A DNA stretch of 63,700 nucleotides, filler included, from Dugesia japonica (taxonomy: Eukaryota), in assembly GCA_001938525.1 (NCBI GenBank). It is 4 parts of 4 records of this genome, joined end to end, with 100 filler letters (N's around TTAATTAATTAA, not from the genome) between each part and the next. Parts side by side here need not be neighbours in the genome. Positions count along the whole stretch, not along the records: positions 28,064 to 46,758 come from MQRL01644214.1; 3 more parts are not named here. One strand, written 5' to 3'. The notes below the pieces were generated by a model. That model searched no databases. It saw only the letters and a program-made list of their open reading frames with translations, and had not been told where the DNA came from. Shown here in pieces: positions 28,064-41,698 of this stretch (the stretch's first letter is position 1; each line of letters starts with the position of its first letter). The position numbers and the translations under genes were made by a program.

Positions 28064-30400
28064 AATTACTCTTTTGATATAAATTTGCGAGAGTTTCTTT
28101 ATTGCATTTAGCTTAGACCAATTTTTTTGAGAGCTTTTTGATTAAATGAGTTCCATAAGCCTAACGTGCCAATAACAAGAGCATCAAGTGTAACCTTGTG
28201 GAACTTTGAGCTTATTTAGGCTATGAAGCTCTTATAGTTTTTCCTATAATCTTCTCTAACTTTTGCAAAGCCTTGTAATGAATCATATAAAACCTTGATG
28301 TCAAAAATGTGAATTTTTGCCTTTCTATGGCTTTTGATGATGAGATAAGGTCTGGGCTTTGATGCGAGACCTTGTGAACAGGAATCATTTTCGACATCAA
28401 AGTTCTGTTTTCTAAATTGAGCTGCAATCTTTTCCAAAACATGATTGTGTTTATTTCACTTTTATTTACTCATAGCAAAGCAGTGGATGAATATGGGTGT
28501 TTGAGTTTTAGCTTTATTAACACATAGTCTGCAGTGAATTGGCATGTTTTTCTTCAGTTAGAAGATTGTTTCTTACTCTACCAAGGAAGATGTAATTGCT
28601 TTCAGAAAGGTTTATGTTTTTGATAAATTTAAGAGCATAGTCTAATTAGGCTAGAATAACTTGTGTAGAATGGCTTTTACATTTTTGGAAAATATCACCG
28701 CAATTTTAGTATGAAGGACATTGCACAATGTCGACTTCGAGCTGTTATTTATCAGTATATTGAGAGAGAAATTGTAATTATTTAGTCCAGTGATTTTCTG
28801 GGCTATTTCACATTACTCGATAAAAAAGAGCAGTCTAAGTGATTTTAGTCATTTTTAATCCAATCAGAGTATGTGATTCTATCAATACTGGGTGAGGATT
28901 TTAAAGTGCTATTGAAAGTAGTTTTAATTTCGTTTAATGTTATTTCGTTGTTAGTGTGAAATTCTTCAAAAGCTGGAATATCAGAAAGTTTAAATCTATA
29001 TATGCTCAGGTTTTCCAACAAAATCTGAGTGAAATAATTGATAATATTCTTTTTGTTGGTATTGAGTTTGAAATTGTAGATGCAAGAATTTAATGAAATA
29101 CTCTCAAAGAGCTTTTATGTTTCGGCTCTGAATTGATTATTTGGATTCAGTGAGATGGTTTCTGATTTAAAATTTATCTGTTTGACTAAGTGGTATGTTG
29201 AAGCTGTATCAATCAGGATGAATTCACTTTTATCTTTCTCTGCATAGAAAATGATCTAGTGAGTGTTATTCCAATTGTAAGAAAAAATCACTTTCTTGGT
29301 ATTTTTAAGATGATTTAATGGAAACAATCTATAGAATTAATCACGATGATTGTGCATGAGAGCATTTCCCATATGTGAATTGAAAAATAGAGTGTTTTTA
29401 TCAAAGACAAATTTCTTGTAGTAGGCTTGAGATGGGTGCTTAGTAACAGTTCCTAGGCATCTGATTNNNNNNNNNNNNNNNNNNNNNNNNNNNNNNNNNN
29501 NNNNNNNNNNNNNNNNNNNNNNNNNNNNNNNNNNNNNNNNNNNNNNNNNNNNNNNNNNNNNNNNNNNNNNNNNNNNNNNNNNNNNNNNNNNNNNNNNNNN
29601 NNNNNNNNNNNNNNNNNNNNNNNNNNNNNNNNNNNNNNNNNNNNNNNNNNNNAATTTTTCCAATTTTTTGTTGAGTATTTGCAAATTGCTCTATCAGATG
29701 AGCAGTCTATTTCTCAAAGGTGGTGCTAATTTATTCCTGAACCTAAAAGTGTCATTCTTTATGCAATGTTCTCATTTCTAATTTGCACTCTGGATGGAGT
29801 ACTGCTGTGAAATACGGCATCATGGTTTTTAAGATTTGAGAAGTATAAGTTTGTTTTGTATACATTGATTTTTGTACAGATATCGCACTGAATAATAAAA
29901 TCCTTTTTTAATTTTATCTTGTGGTCAATCAAATAGTGGTTATAAAGAAATTTTTTGTCCATGACATACAACGTTTTCCTTTCTTTTCCCCATAGTGCTG
30001 TATGTGTGCATTTTAATTGTTTACTAATGCTTAGTCGATATGCAATAAGTTTGTTTGTATAGATAATTCCAAGTTTTTCATTACGTTTTTCATTGTTTAT
30101 AGGTTTTGTTACAATTGAGGCGTTTTTGTTAGATTAGTCTCTAAACAGGATATGTTGTATCGCATTTGTAATTGAATCATTTGTTTCAACTACTTCTTGA
30201 GCCGATGATTGCCTGCTGATCTTTTTTGGATCTAGGTGATCCTCAAAGCCTTCAACAAGAGCGGAGTGCTTATTGTTAATAACGTGGAGTAGTTTGATTT
30301 GTTTATCACCACCTGTTTCTAGGGTAGGTGAGTTTTATATCTGATCTGATAAATTATCGGAATTTGTGTGAACAAACCTCTATGCGCTTTTTAGTAATTG
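28064..30400 (-). mobile_element. Decayed RLE-type non-LTR retrotransposon (NeSL/R2-like) with most of the RT deleted
   Basis: C-terminus: CRLC...HC knuckle, KHNHVL, RPYLII..IFDIKVLYD..R..Y..Y and DALVIGTLGLW (restriction-like endonuclease). RT start ITLNEIK...SSPSIDRITYSDW at about 28860-28950. Upstream NWNNTH*IIF...ILIDT (Ulp1-like) and a CDIC zinc-finger-like region. Confidence 0.8.
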
Positions 30401-30544
30401 ATTTCCAAATATACGGACAAATTATGAGGAACAAAATAATCAACTAATATATATCAACTAGTCAACTATATAAATATTGTTAGCTCCCAAATAGCACTTG
30501 CTCTTCTGCCCATTTACATTTAGTTAATTTAAACTGGATTTTAA

Positions 30545-30980
30545 CCTGATTTATTTTGAATAAAACGTTTTCTTAGTTGAGAAAAGTGTTGCTCAAATGA
30601 CTTGGAAGCTATTAATATGTAATCCATGTAAACTCTGACCGTGTTCATTAAGCGTTAAACAGTAGCAAGGGCATTAGTTAAACTAAACAGTAGTCTTGTA
30701 AATTCGGAGTCCATTCTCAGTAACAAAATCAGTTTTCTCCCTGTCTTCTTCTTTCATTTTTATCTATTGAAATCTTTTATTAGCATCCAGTATTGCAAAT
30801 AGTATTGCGTTTCTGAGTTTATTAAATTGCTCATTTATTTTTGGAAAAGGATAAGTATCATTTTAATAATTTCATTTAATTATCGATATTCTATGCATAT
30901 TCTTATTTATTCGTCTTTCCTTTTGACAGGAACAACATGTATTGGGAGAAACTTTGTTTCAACTGTTCTTTTATTTGATT
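30545..30980 (-). mobile_element. Gypsy RT fragment of a different family
   Basis: VVPVKRKDE*IRICIEYR*LNE, FAILDANKRF, EDREKTDFVTENG, RLLFSLTNA, VYMDYILIAS. Confidence 0.8.
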
Positions 30981-30984
30981 CATT

Positions 30985-33900
30985 AAAAAATGTAAGATGT
31001 GATTTGAGCAATAATTGTATAATTGATAATAATTGTAGATGTGTGTATGATATTGAATTCCTTGAAAATAATTTGTGTAATAATGTATTTTTGTATGATG
31101 ATATTATGCTTGATATAATTGTTGATAATAAAAAAATTTTGTAAATAACAATAATAATAATTATAGTATTAATAATAATTATGACGATAATAATAATTTA
31201 TTAATTATTATTAATTTTGATAAAATAATTTATGAAAACCATAATACCGTAGATAGCCAACATATGATAAATTTTATAATTAATAATATTGTTACATCAT
31301 GTTTACTTGATACTGGAGCTAAAATAAGTGTTATTAAATGTGAATTATTATAACGAATAGGAAATGTTTCAATAATGGATTCTGATATAAATGTCACATG
31401 TGTGAATAAGAGTTTTTTACAAGTTGTAGATAAAATATATTTAAATGTAAAGCGTAATGAAAAAATGGAGAATATTTCTTTTATGTTATTAAAGAGAACT
31501 TAAAGTATTGTAAATATTGAAAATATTGTTTATACAATTCACAATGAAATTTGTATTCCAAAAGAAAGGAGAATCAAATTCATTGATTACACTCATCAAT
31601 TAGTATGTCATGCTAGATCGAAAAACGTTCACAAATATATTTTAGAGCATTTTGATATGAAGAATAAAACTAATATAATATATGAGACTGTACAAAGCTG
31701 GAGGAATAGAATAACAGAAACAGTCTGGATTTCATCTGCTGAGAGACTAAATGTGAAGACAATGACATATATCTTTGTAATATAGAAGCAAAGTATAGAC
31801 ATAATACAACGGACGAAGAGAGAGTACAGAGAGCAATAAAAATATTGATTAACAAGCGAAATAAGAATTTAGAGAAATTTATAATGATTAATAAAGGAAT
31901 ATTCATGGCAGACAACTGAGATATCGCCAGAACAACAATGGCAGAACATCAAATAATCACAAATGGAGAACCAATAAATACAAAACCATGGAGACTACAT
32001 ATACATTTAGAGAATATGATTGATGAAGCTATCAAGAATTTGTTTGACAATGGCATTATTAGGAAGTGTAATTCGCAATGGAACAATTCATTAATATGTG
32101 TTTGGAAAAAAAAGGATAGGCGTTAGATTATGTATTGATTTAGAATACTGCATGCAATCACAGAAAGAAAGATATTTCCGATGTCCAATGTAGAGGAAAT
32201 ACTAGACAATTTGAGTGGTGCAATATTTTTTCGTATTATTGAATTGGGTAATGCATATTATCAAGTTCTGTTACATAAAGACTGACAAGAGAAAACCACA
32301 TTTTCTACGAAAAATGGACAGTATTTGGTATAGCTGTAGCACCTGAAACGTTTCGAAAATTAATGACAAAAGTATTAGGAAGATTGAGTCGAACGATGGT
32401 ATACATGGATGATATATTGATATATTCAGGAAGTCTAGAGCCGCACTATCGAATTTTAAACCAAGTTTTTAAAAGAATTCAAGAATCAGGATTGAGAATT
32501 AATGCGCAAAAAATGTCATTTATTGATAATTAAAGTAAAATCTTTAGGACATGTCATAGACAAGAATGAAGTTCGAATCGATCCAACAAAAAATTAAAGC
32601 GATAAAAAATTTAGGAATACCTAGATGTGTAAAGAACTTGAGAAGCTTTTTAGGAATATGCAATTACTATAGACGGTTTATCAATAATTACTCAAAGAAA
32701 GCTAGAAGCTTGGAAGAGCTATGTAAAAGTAATAATACAAAACTTATTTGTTCTGAAATTTGTGATAAAGCTTTTAATGAGATGAAAGAGACATTAACAA
32801 AAGCACCGATATTGAGTTTTTTAAATATCAAAAAAATGTTTGTACTAGATACAGATGTGAGTTTTGATGCCATAAGAGTCGTTTTATCGCAAATAGATGG
32901 AAAAGGTGTAGAACAAGTCATTGCATATGGGTTACATGCAATATCAGCTCATGAAAAGGGATATTGTATAACAAGATAAGAATTATTGGCCATTTACTAT
33001 TTTTGTAACCTTTTAAACATTATTTGTATGGAAAAAGATTTTTGGTGAGTACAGATCATAGGGCGATAGCATTTATGAAAAAGACAAACGAGCCAATCGC
33101 TCTGTAATTTCAGACTTGGATGAATTTTCTTATTAGCCTAGATATGGTATTGCAATTTAGACAAGGTGTGAAACACACATATGCAGATTTGCTGTCGAGA
33201 ATGAATTGTGGTACCTGTGTACAATGCTTAACAGATCAATAGAATCAGAAAGAAATATAAAGACAGGAACAATTAATGATATATCATGTTCAGATACATA
33301 TAAATGGCAAAGTAATGTAGAAGAAATTGAACAGATAAAGAATGATATAAAAAATGCAACATGTAAAATGGTTTCAAGTAATAAAAGAAATAATAAAAAC
33401 ATAAAGACGGCAAAATTTGGATCCCATCAGAAAAGAAAATTCAAATGGTAAAAGAAATGCATAATTTATTGGTGTGCGCAGGCACGGAATAGTCATAAAT
33501 TATTTGAAAAACGAATATGATATGGAAGATTTACGAGAAGCTGTGTCAAAAGTACACAGTGTCAAATGAACAAAGTAAAAACAGTTTAAACAAAAGAGGA
33601 AACTATAAGATTAAAAACTAACGAACCATTTGAGAGTATTTATATTGATATCCATGAGCTATTCTAAGAAACCGTAGGAAGAAAAAGATATATATGCACG
33701 ATAATAGATAAATTGAGAAGATACGTGGGCTTAACAGCTCTAGTAAAACAAGATGAGGAATCAATAAAGAAAACGATTATGGATAAATGGATACTAAGAT
33801 TTGATGCCCCAAAATGTATACATGTAGAATGCGGGAAGATCTTCAAATCAAAAGCCTTCAAGGAGACGACAGATTCAATGAATATAGCGATTTGCTTTTT

Positions 33901-35950
33901 AAATTCATATCATCATAATACAAACGGAATAGTAGAACGTCAATTCAGAACGATCAGAAATTACAACATTAAAAGATAAAAAAATACAAATTAGGCAGAG
34001 TTAATACCAGAAATCCAATATACTCTAAATGCAACAAGCCAGAAGACTTTGGACATAAGCCCAGCAGAAGTGATATTCGGTAAGAAGATACATAGAGAAC
34101 GATGGTTTAATATTGGAGAAAAGAAGAAAACATCTGAAGAGTTGACACCAACAAAGAGACAAGTTCAAGTTGGAGACGAGTTGCTAATCACGGCAGAGAA
34201 CAGATCAAAAGTGTAAGAAATATACATAGGTCAAAACGAGGTAATAAAACTGATTCATGAAAGACAATAACTACTGAAGAGTTCAAAAGTGAAGATAATT
34301 GAAAGAAATGTGGAAAAAATTAAAAATATTTTTAAAAAAGGGATGTGAATATCAATTCATGGATTTCAAATGTCTGAAATTTTTTTTAATTTTTATATTT
34401 ATCACGTATATACAGGGTGTTCCAATTTAAGGTTACATTTTAAAATTTATTCCATTTATTTCTGTTTTTTTTAATTAATCAATAGTTGTTCAATAAGCAA
34501 AAGTAATTCATGCCGTTTTTAAAAATGAATTGTTATACCATTGAACAAAGAGAATTTATGGTAAAAAATTATTTTCAGTACGGCAAAAGTTATGCCGAAG
34601 TTCACAGAAAATTTAAGTCTGATTATGGAAGAGAAAGTTGTCTGTCACATGTGACAATTCAAAAAGTTATCAAACAATTTATAAAAGTGGCTCGATAAAA
34701 GATGAACGACGTAAAGAATATTATAAAAGTGGTCGCTTGGAAACAAATATTGCAGCTGTAAGCTTTAGTGTAAGTAAGAAACCAAAACCGTCAATCCGTC
34801 GTCTTTAACAACAACTATTCATTTCAAGAACGAAGTTATTAAGAATTTTGCATGAGGATCTTCATTTTAAGGCATTAAAGATTCAAATAACTCAAGAAAT
34901 AAAGCCGGCAGACTTTGAAATACGCCATAAATTCAGTAAATGTGCCATTGAAAATAAGCATGAAAATGAAACATTTTTTCCAAAAAGTTATCTTTAGAGA
35001 CGAAGCATATTTTGAACTAGGAGGATTTGTGAACACACCGAATTTTAGAATTTGGAGCAATGAAAACCCACATGAAATACTACAAAAACAATTCTATTCA
35101 CTAAAGGTAAATATTTGTTGTGGTTTTTGGGCTGTTGATGTTATCGGTCCTTAGTTTTTTGAGAATGAAGCTGGGAATTCTGTGATAGTTACCAGAGTTC
35201 AATATTGAAATATGATTGAAAAAGCTTTGTTTCCTAAATTGAATGTTATGAATAACCGGAACATGTGGTTGCAGGATGGTGCCATATCTCATACGAGAAA
35301 AGAAACAATTACCCTTTTAAGAAAACGATGTGGTGAAATATTAATTTCTCGAAATGCAAACATCAATTGGCCGTCCAGATCCTGTCATCTTACGCCTCGA
35401 GATTTTTTCTTTTGGGGTTATTTAAAGGAAAAGGTGTATATTTGCTATCCTCAAATAATTGTTGATCTTAAAGAGATCATCATCATGAAATTGGTGAAAT
35501 TAGGCCCGAGTTGTACCAAATTCTCATAGAAAACGTTAGTAAAAGAATGGGTGCTTGCTATGCAGCAGCAGGAGTTCACTTCCATGACATTATTTTTCAT
35601 TGTTAAACCGGAAATTATGTACTATAATTGTAAATAAATATATTGCTACATTTGATAACTTTTGCTAATTTTATTGAAAATTTAAAATATAACCTTTAAT
35701 TGGAACACCCTGTATTATTTAAAATTTAGTTCTGAAACTTTTAAATATTTTTGGAGAAAGTGAAGATAAATTTTAAAATATTATAGTGTTTTTTTTGAAA
35801 TTAAATTAAGATCTATATTTTTTATTATAGGAAATCATAAAATAATAAAAAATTGTTTTAAAAAATTATCATAAATAAACTATTTTAAAAAAAATATTTT
35901 ATCAAAAGGTCTCAGATTATTTGTTTGAATACTGTGAATCGTTCTTCATA
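30985..35950 (+). mobile_element. 5'-truncated Ty3/Gypsy element: Asn-rich spacer, protease, RT, RNase H, integrase, PPT (34334-34343) and interrupted 3' LTR
   Basis: CLLDTGA, YMDDILI, LRSFLGICNYYRRF, FVLDTD, HHNTNGIVERQFRTI, ERNVEKIK, then AAAAAAGGGA-TGTGAATA. The LTR starting at 34344 is split by a rosa element; its end near 35950 is approximate. Confidence 0.9.
34413..35712 (+). mobile_element. Full-length (1300 bp) but inactivated rosa (DD41D) Tc1/mariner element
   Basis: TIRs CAGGGTGTTCCAATTTAAGGTTACATTTTAAA / TTTAAAATATAACCTTTAATTGGAACACCCTG with TA duplication at 34411-34412 and 35713-35714. YTIEQR N-terminus, IFRDEAYF, and QDGAISH...LTPRD with 41 residues between the last two Asp. 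Confidence 0.95.
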
Positions 35951-35982
35951 ATTTTAAATTTTAATAAAAGACTTGTAATAAT

Positions 35983-38900
35983 TGTTAGGTAGATCTTCAA
36001 TTATTAATTCATTTTGCAAATCATAACTCATATTGTAAGACATTTTTATTTTTACTACTACACATTTTTCCACATTTCTTTCTAAACGATATCCATTGTC
36101 TCCTTGTACTGCATACCGCCTTTCATGAATTTTCTCAATTATTCAAAAATCTATCTTGACCTTTATTTCTTGTTTATACCTTGATCAGGACAAAGTCACC
36201 CCCTTTAAATTCTCTTTCAGTAATCAAGTCTGAAATGTTTTCTTTAATTCTATCTAAAACGTCTGACTCATAACACTGCTAATTTTTTTACCAAAAACGA
36301 TCTCAGCTGGGCTCTTTCCAGTCGTCTTCTGTTTTGTTGCGTTCATTGTAAATTCTATTTCTAATAAAAGATCTGTGCAATCTGCTGTCTTTCTCTCCTG
36401 AAGTGTTGCATTAATCAAATCTCGAATCGTCCTGAACAGTCTCTCAATTTTTCCGTTTGCATTGTGATGATTTGGACTCGAAAAGGAAAGTTTAATATCT
36501 AGCTTCTGCGCAAACTCTCATAACTAAGGATTCCAAAGCTTTTCTACAATGTAATTTTATCTCTCTTGGGCATCCAAATCTCAGTATCCACTTTTCAAAA
36601 ATAGCTTTTTCGTACTTTTTCCTAGCCTTGTCTAGGCAATGGCATAAAAACTAGATATTTACTGTATTGGTCGATTATTCCAAGAATATATATATTTTTC
36701 GTCCACTTCTTTCCCACATTGGCCCATATATATATTAATATGACTTAAAACTTTGGTCTTCTGATAAAATTCACAACTACGAACTATTTTCTGTATTTGG
36801 CTCCACAAATTCTTTGCAATATATTTGTTTCTCATATATTCGTACACCTTTTCAACTCCTGAATTATATAATAATTTATGTATTTCTTCTATTGTTTCAT
36901 GTAATTTGTCATCTGGAATTTTCATTTCCTTGATCAAATCTGTTTTCTCAGAAATGTTTAAATGATCTTCTTTTTTCTTTTCGATTATGTTTAGTATTCT
37001 CGTTTTAATCTCCCCTTTCTTGGCAACTTCATGTGACATTTGACACTGTACACATATCTCACATCTTTGTCTAGATAACATATCTGTATTAGCATGTTGA
37101 ATTTCTTTTCTATATTCTAAAACCATGTCTAAACTGCTCAGATAATTAATTCATGTCTGGAATTGCGATATAATTAGTTTTTTTGTCCTCATCATGAAAG
37201 TTAGAGCTTTGTGATCTGTTCTAAGAGTAAAGTTTCTACCATACAAGTAATGTTTGAAATGCATACAGAAATAATAAACAGCCAATAACTCATTAAGTGT
37301 AATGCAGTAGCACTTTTCATGACTTGTCATTGAGTGTGATATATAAGAAACAACCCTTTATCTTCATTCTTTATCTCTCTGTGACAATACTGCTACAATT
37401 GTATAAAAACTGGCATCTGTATCTAATATAAATTCTTTGTTTATGTTGGAAAACACAATATTGGTGCAGTCATTAGAGATTTTTTCAGACCCTTAAATGT
37501 ATCGTTTATTTCATCTGTCTATTCTAATTTCTTCTTGCTTGATCTGCTACACAACTGCTTTAATATCGTAGACTTTCTTGCATAGTTTTCTATAAACTTC
37601 CTGTAATAATTACAAATTCCTAAAAGACTTCGTAACTTCTTCAGACAGTTAGGTTTGTTTCTCATTGCTTCTATTTTAGACTGATCAGTTCTAACTCCAT
37701 CCTTACTAAATATGTGTCCAAGAAACTTGATTTTGCTTTGAAGAAACTCACACTTCTCTAGATTAATTCTAAAACCAGCCTTCATTATTTCCATCAATAC
37801 TCTTTCAATGATCTTATATTGTTGATCTTTATTGTTCGTAAATATCAGAAAGTCATCAAGATAAACCATGGCCTGACTGATTTCGCTAACCATTTTTGTC
37901 ATCATCTCCTGAAATGTTCCTGTTGCCGCTGCGATGCCAAATGGTATTCCATTAAAATAATATTGTCCGCGTTTCGTTGAAAACGCCGTTTTTTCTTGAG
38001 ATTCTTCTTCGAGCTATCCCGGATAGTATGCATTTTCTAAATCTATTGAACTGAAATATTTGGGTCCATCTAACTTATCCAGCATTTCATTGAAATTAGT
38101 CATGGGAAAAGCTTATCTTTTTGTTACCGCATTCAATTGTCTAAAAGCCAAGCATATACTTATTTCCTTCTTTTCCTTCTTCCAAACACAAATTAATGGG
38201 GTATGCCATGGAGAGCTGCATTTCCGGATAATATTATTCTCGAAAAGGTTTTGGATAGCTTCTTTAATTTTAGCTTCTGAATTCATTGATTGTCTTTACG
38301 GTTTTACATTGATTGGTTCACCACTTGTGATTATTTTGTGTCTGGTCAGATGTGTGCATCCTACATCCCATCTGCTATAAAAGCATCTTCTTTACTTCCA
38401 ATTGTTTTCAATAACCGTTGATCCTCTTTAATCTTCAAAATATTTAAGGCTCTTCTCAATCGCTCGCCTTTTTTAATTTGTCTTCCAAATTTTGCTTCAA
38501 TATTACAAATGTAATTTTCAACCTTTTCATCCGCTTTGCTATCGATCCTTTGCATAAGTTGGTATCCAAAACGTCTCTGCATATCTATTCCTCCTATCAG
38601 ATCTGGTGTCACTCTTTTAGCAACTAAGAAAGTAATCTCTTTAAAAACTTCATCAATTATCACTAAAGTTCTAACTTTCCCAACAATTTCAAGTGTACTA
38701 TTATTTGCACAACGCAATTCTTCATCACTCATTTGTAAATTTATTTCTCGTAATTTATTAAAACAGCTCAAATTGATCACGTTAATTCTAGTTCCTGTAT
38801 CTAATAGGTATTCTACTTTATTTCCTTGAATTGAGACTGTAACACTTGGTTAGCCTTGTAATTTATGGTTAGAAATATTTGTTTTCTTTTCTGCTTCAAC

Positions 38901-39790
38901 TGTTCTAACCCATTCAATTTTACTATCATCTGCAAAATTTTCCCTCTTTAAGAACCTGTATACTTTTTATGTAACTTTTCCTATATCATCCCACTTTTCA
39001 ACCTCTTTAGGATAATTTCTAACTTCATTTAACAATGGATGGCTCAAACCAACTCCTTTACTGGTGGAGCCCTGCCTTTTGGGTACTGCCTTTTGGAATC
39101 ACTTTTATATCCATCGTTTGTACTGACATCTTTATCTTCAATCGCATGTACTCGATTATATCAGTTTCTTGATCTTAGGTAGTCATAAATTTCTCATTGG
39201 TTCTTTTCATTTTCAAATTTGTGTAGCACTCTTCTGCTCTGTGTCCACCATTACCACATCGTTTACACCTCACTTCTTGACATAACCTTCTTATATGGCC
39301 AACCTTTCCACATCCAAAATATTTTGTTGGTTTTTTTTGGACAATCTCGACTTATATGTCCTGTTTTATGACAACTCCTGCACTCTACTACTTTTTATTG
39401 TCGGACAACTTGCTTTAGTATGACCGATCTTATGACATAACCAACATTCGATATTTTGTTTTTCTCTTCTTTGTTCCACATGTCTATTATTTGTATGATT
39501 TACCGGTTTCTGATTATTTCGATTTGTAACTCTCGCGTAACTTCTAACTACATCAACGTGATCTCTGTTTTCTCTATTCGATCTAATAACGTGATTGTTT
39601 CTTCGATTTCTTCTATATTCTCTCGTTTCCGCAACGTCACTTTTTCTTCAACATTTTTGTTATCTGAACAATATACTAACACCTTTGCAACCATTTTTTC
39701 CTTAGAAAAATCTTTATTTGTAAATAATCATTTTACTAAATCTTTTACATTTCTAAAATAAACTTGAATCGATTCATTTCCACGCCTGTA
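35983..39790 (-). mobile_element. Ty3/Gypsy family A element: gag (3 CCHC knuckles)-protease-RT-RNase H-integrase, partial 3' LTR
   Basis: LLDTG, VYLDDFLI, LRSLLGICNYYRKF, HHNANGKIERLFRTI; LTR end TACCTAACA at 35983. PPT and the 5' part of the LTR are deleted; many stops. Confidence 0.92.
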
Positions 39791-41187
39791 GTTAATCAAA
39801 TTTTGAAAATCTTATTTCCTCATAATAATCAATAAAAATATTATGGAGACTAATAATTGTAATGCCAAATACATAATTACTTTGATAATTTTGTTTTTGT
39901 TGATTCCACCACTCATCATTATTTTTATAATTTTAAAATCATCCGCTTCTTGATCTGCGGACCTTTTTCTTGTAGATATTTTATCGTGCGATTCATCAGT
40001 ATTTTTAAGTCCTCTCTTTAATATAGAAAGTTCCTCATTTTTTGGTAGTTTCTTTGTTTCATTGGGAGACTTTTGTGCTGTGGTAGATTGATTAAATTTA
40101 GTAGATTGAGTTTATTCTTTGGGAACTTCTTTTGAGATATCAAGTTGACTAATTTTTGTTTGTTTGTTGTCAATTTTTTGTCCGCATTATCCACAAAATT
40201 AAGTATATTGTTCATGTCACTTTTTAGATAGGGACTTAATATTTTTTCTGGCTTTATCATCATAATTTCTACTTTAATGAAATTTCCATTTCCTGGGATT
40301 ATGCCGTATTTCATAATCCTTTTGTTTTTTAATCAATTCTTGCCCGTAAAAATATAGTTTTATTTTGTCGTCTTTTTTTAAAAATACTGGCTAATTTTTA
40401 CGAACTATTTTATATAGTTTGTTTACTTTAGTATGTATCCATTTCTAAATTTCTTGTTTCTTGTTGTCTCTCTAATAACATTTGACATTGCACTTTCTTT
40501 TTTTGTAACTCTAATCGCATATTTTAAGATTCTTCGTGGTTTGCATTTCTATTGCATTTACTTCTTTTGTGTAAGGACTGAAACTATCATTTTTGGTTTT
40601 CTTCTGATTTATCATTCCGGTCTAGCAACAACAGAAATTTGTGATGTTTTCACTCACACCACTATCACCCATTCTCGTATTCAGTGGTACTATGCTATAT
40701 CCCGTCTTAGAGTTATCAATTTTGGTTTCATTGGCTTTGATTAATTCCATGTCATTCTTTGTTATAAGATGATAATTACGAGTGATAACAACTTTTTGTA
40801 AGTAAACTTTATTTATTATTCTTTTTCTTTTTATACAATGACAATTACTTGAGCAGGTCTTCTTCTTACTTCCTTTTCTGGCTTTGATACTTTTGTTAAT
40901 GTCTTTACGGTGGCTATCAGTACTCGTTCCATGTCAGCATAGGCTTTGATAATGTCAACGATCGCTTGAAAGGACTGTGATAAACCCAAATCTCTTTTTT
41001 CAGCTTGGTATTTGCCAACAACATGTAACTATAAGATTTGTGTTACATGATAATTGAGCTTAGCTTTTACCATAATTTAATCTCGTCATTATATTATTCA
41101 CTCATAAACCTTTATGTTATCATTTTAGTTTGACAGTAAAAAAGCAATTAAGAATAAAATTATATTACAATTCAAAAAAATTAAATT

Positions 41188-41698
41188 GGATCACACAACT
41201 GTCTCTTTCTCAGTCTCATCTAACGGCTAAAGTACTTGCTACAACATCGCCTCTAGTTTATTTGACAATCTTTCAGATAGTTTCACATACTCTTCAGCTT
41301 CAACTTGTGTCACCCATATTTTCTGGGTCAGGTGTTACTGTTGTCTCGCCAATTTCGTAGTCTGAATTAGCAGAAAAACTAATTCCTTTTCACGATCCTG
41401 CTGCCATTTATTTATCTCTGCCCATCTATGTTGGTAAACTTTCTCCTGTTTATCTACACGAACTTGAAATGCATCGATTTGTTGGAGGTGTTCTCTCTGG
41501 TGCTGTTTTTGTTGGTTCGTTTCTGCTGTCAACATTTTGATTTCATCATGCTTCATTTTTAATTAGTCCTGGACAATCTACTAGGGATTTACATCAGTAC
41601 CTTAGACTCCAAGAGAGTCCCACAATACCGGCATGTGGAAACACCTTTCAGCTTCCAACAATCCTTTAGTCACTGCTTTTGTGATGAGTTTAGACAAT
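41188..41698 (-). pseudogene. Decayed exon-like ORF of an unknown coiled-coil protein
   Basis: TTCTTACATTTAG acceptor, then a mostly single-frame reading with point stops: LSKLITKAVTKGLLEAE...MKHDEIKMLTAETNQQKQHQREHLQQ...EEYVKLSERLSNKLEAML. GC content is raised relative to the flanks. Confidence 0.45.
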
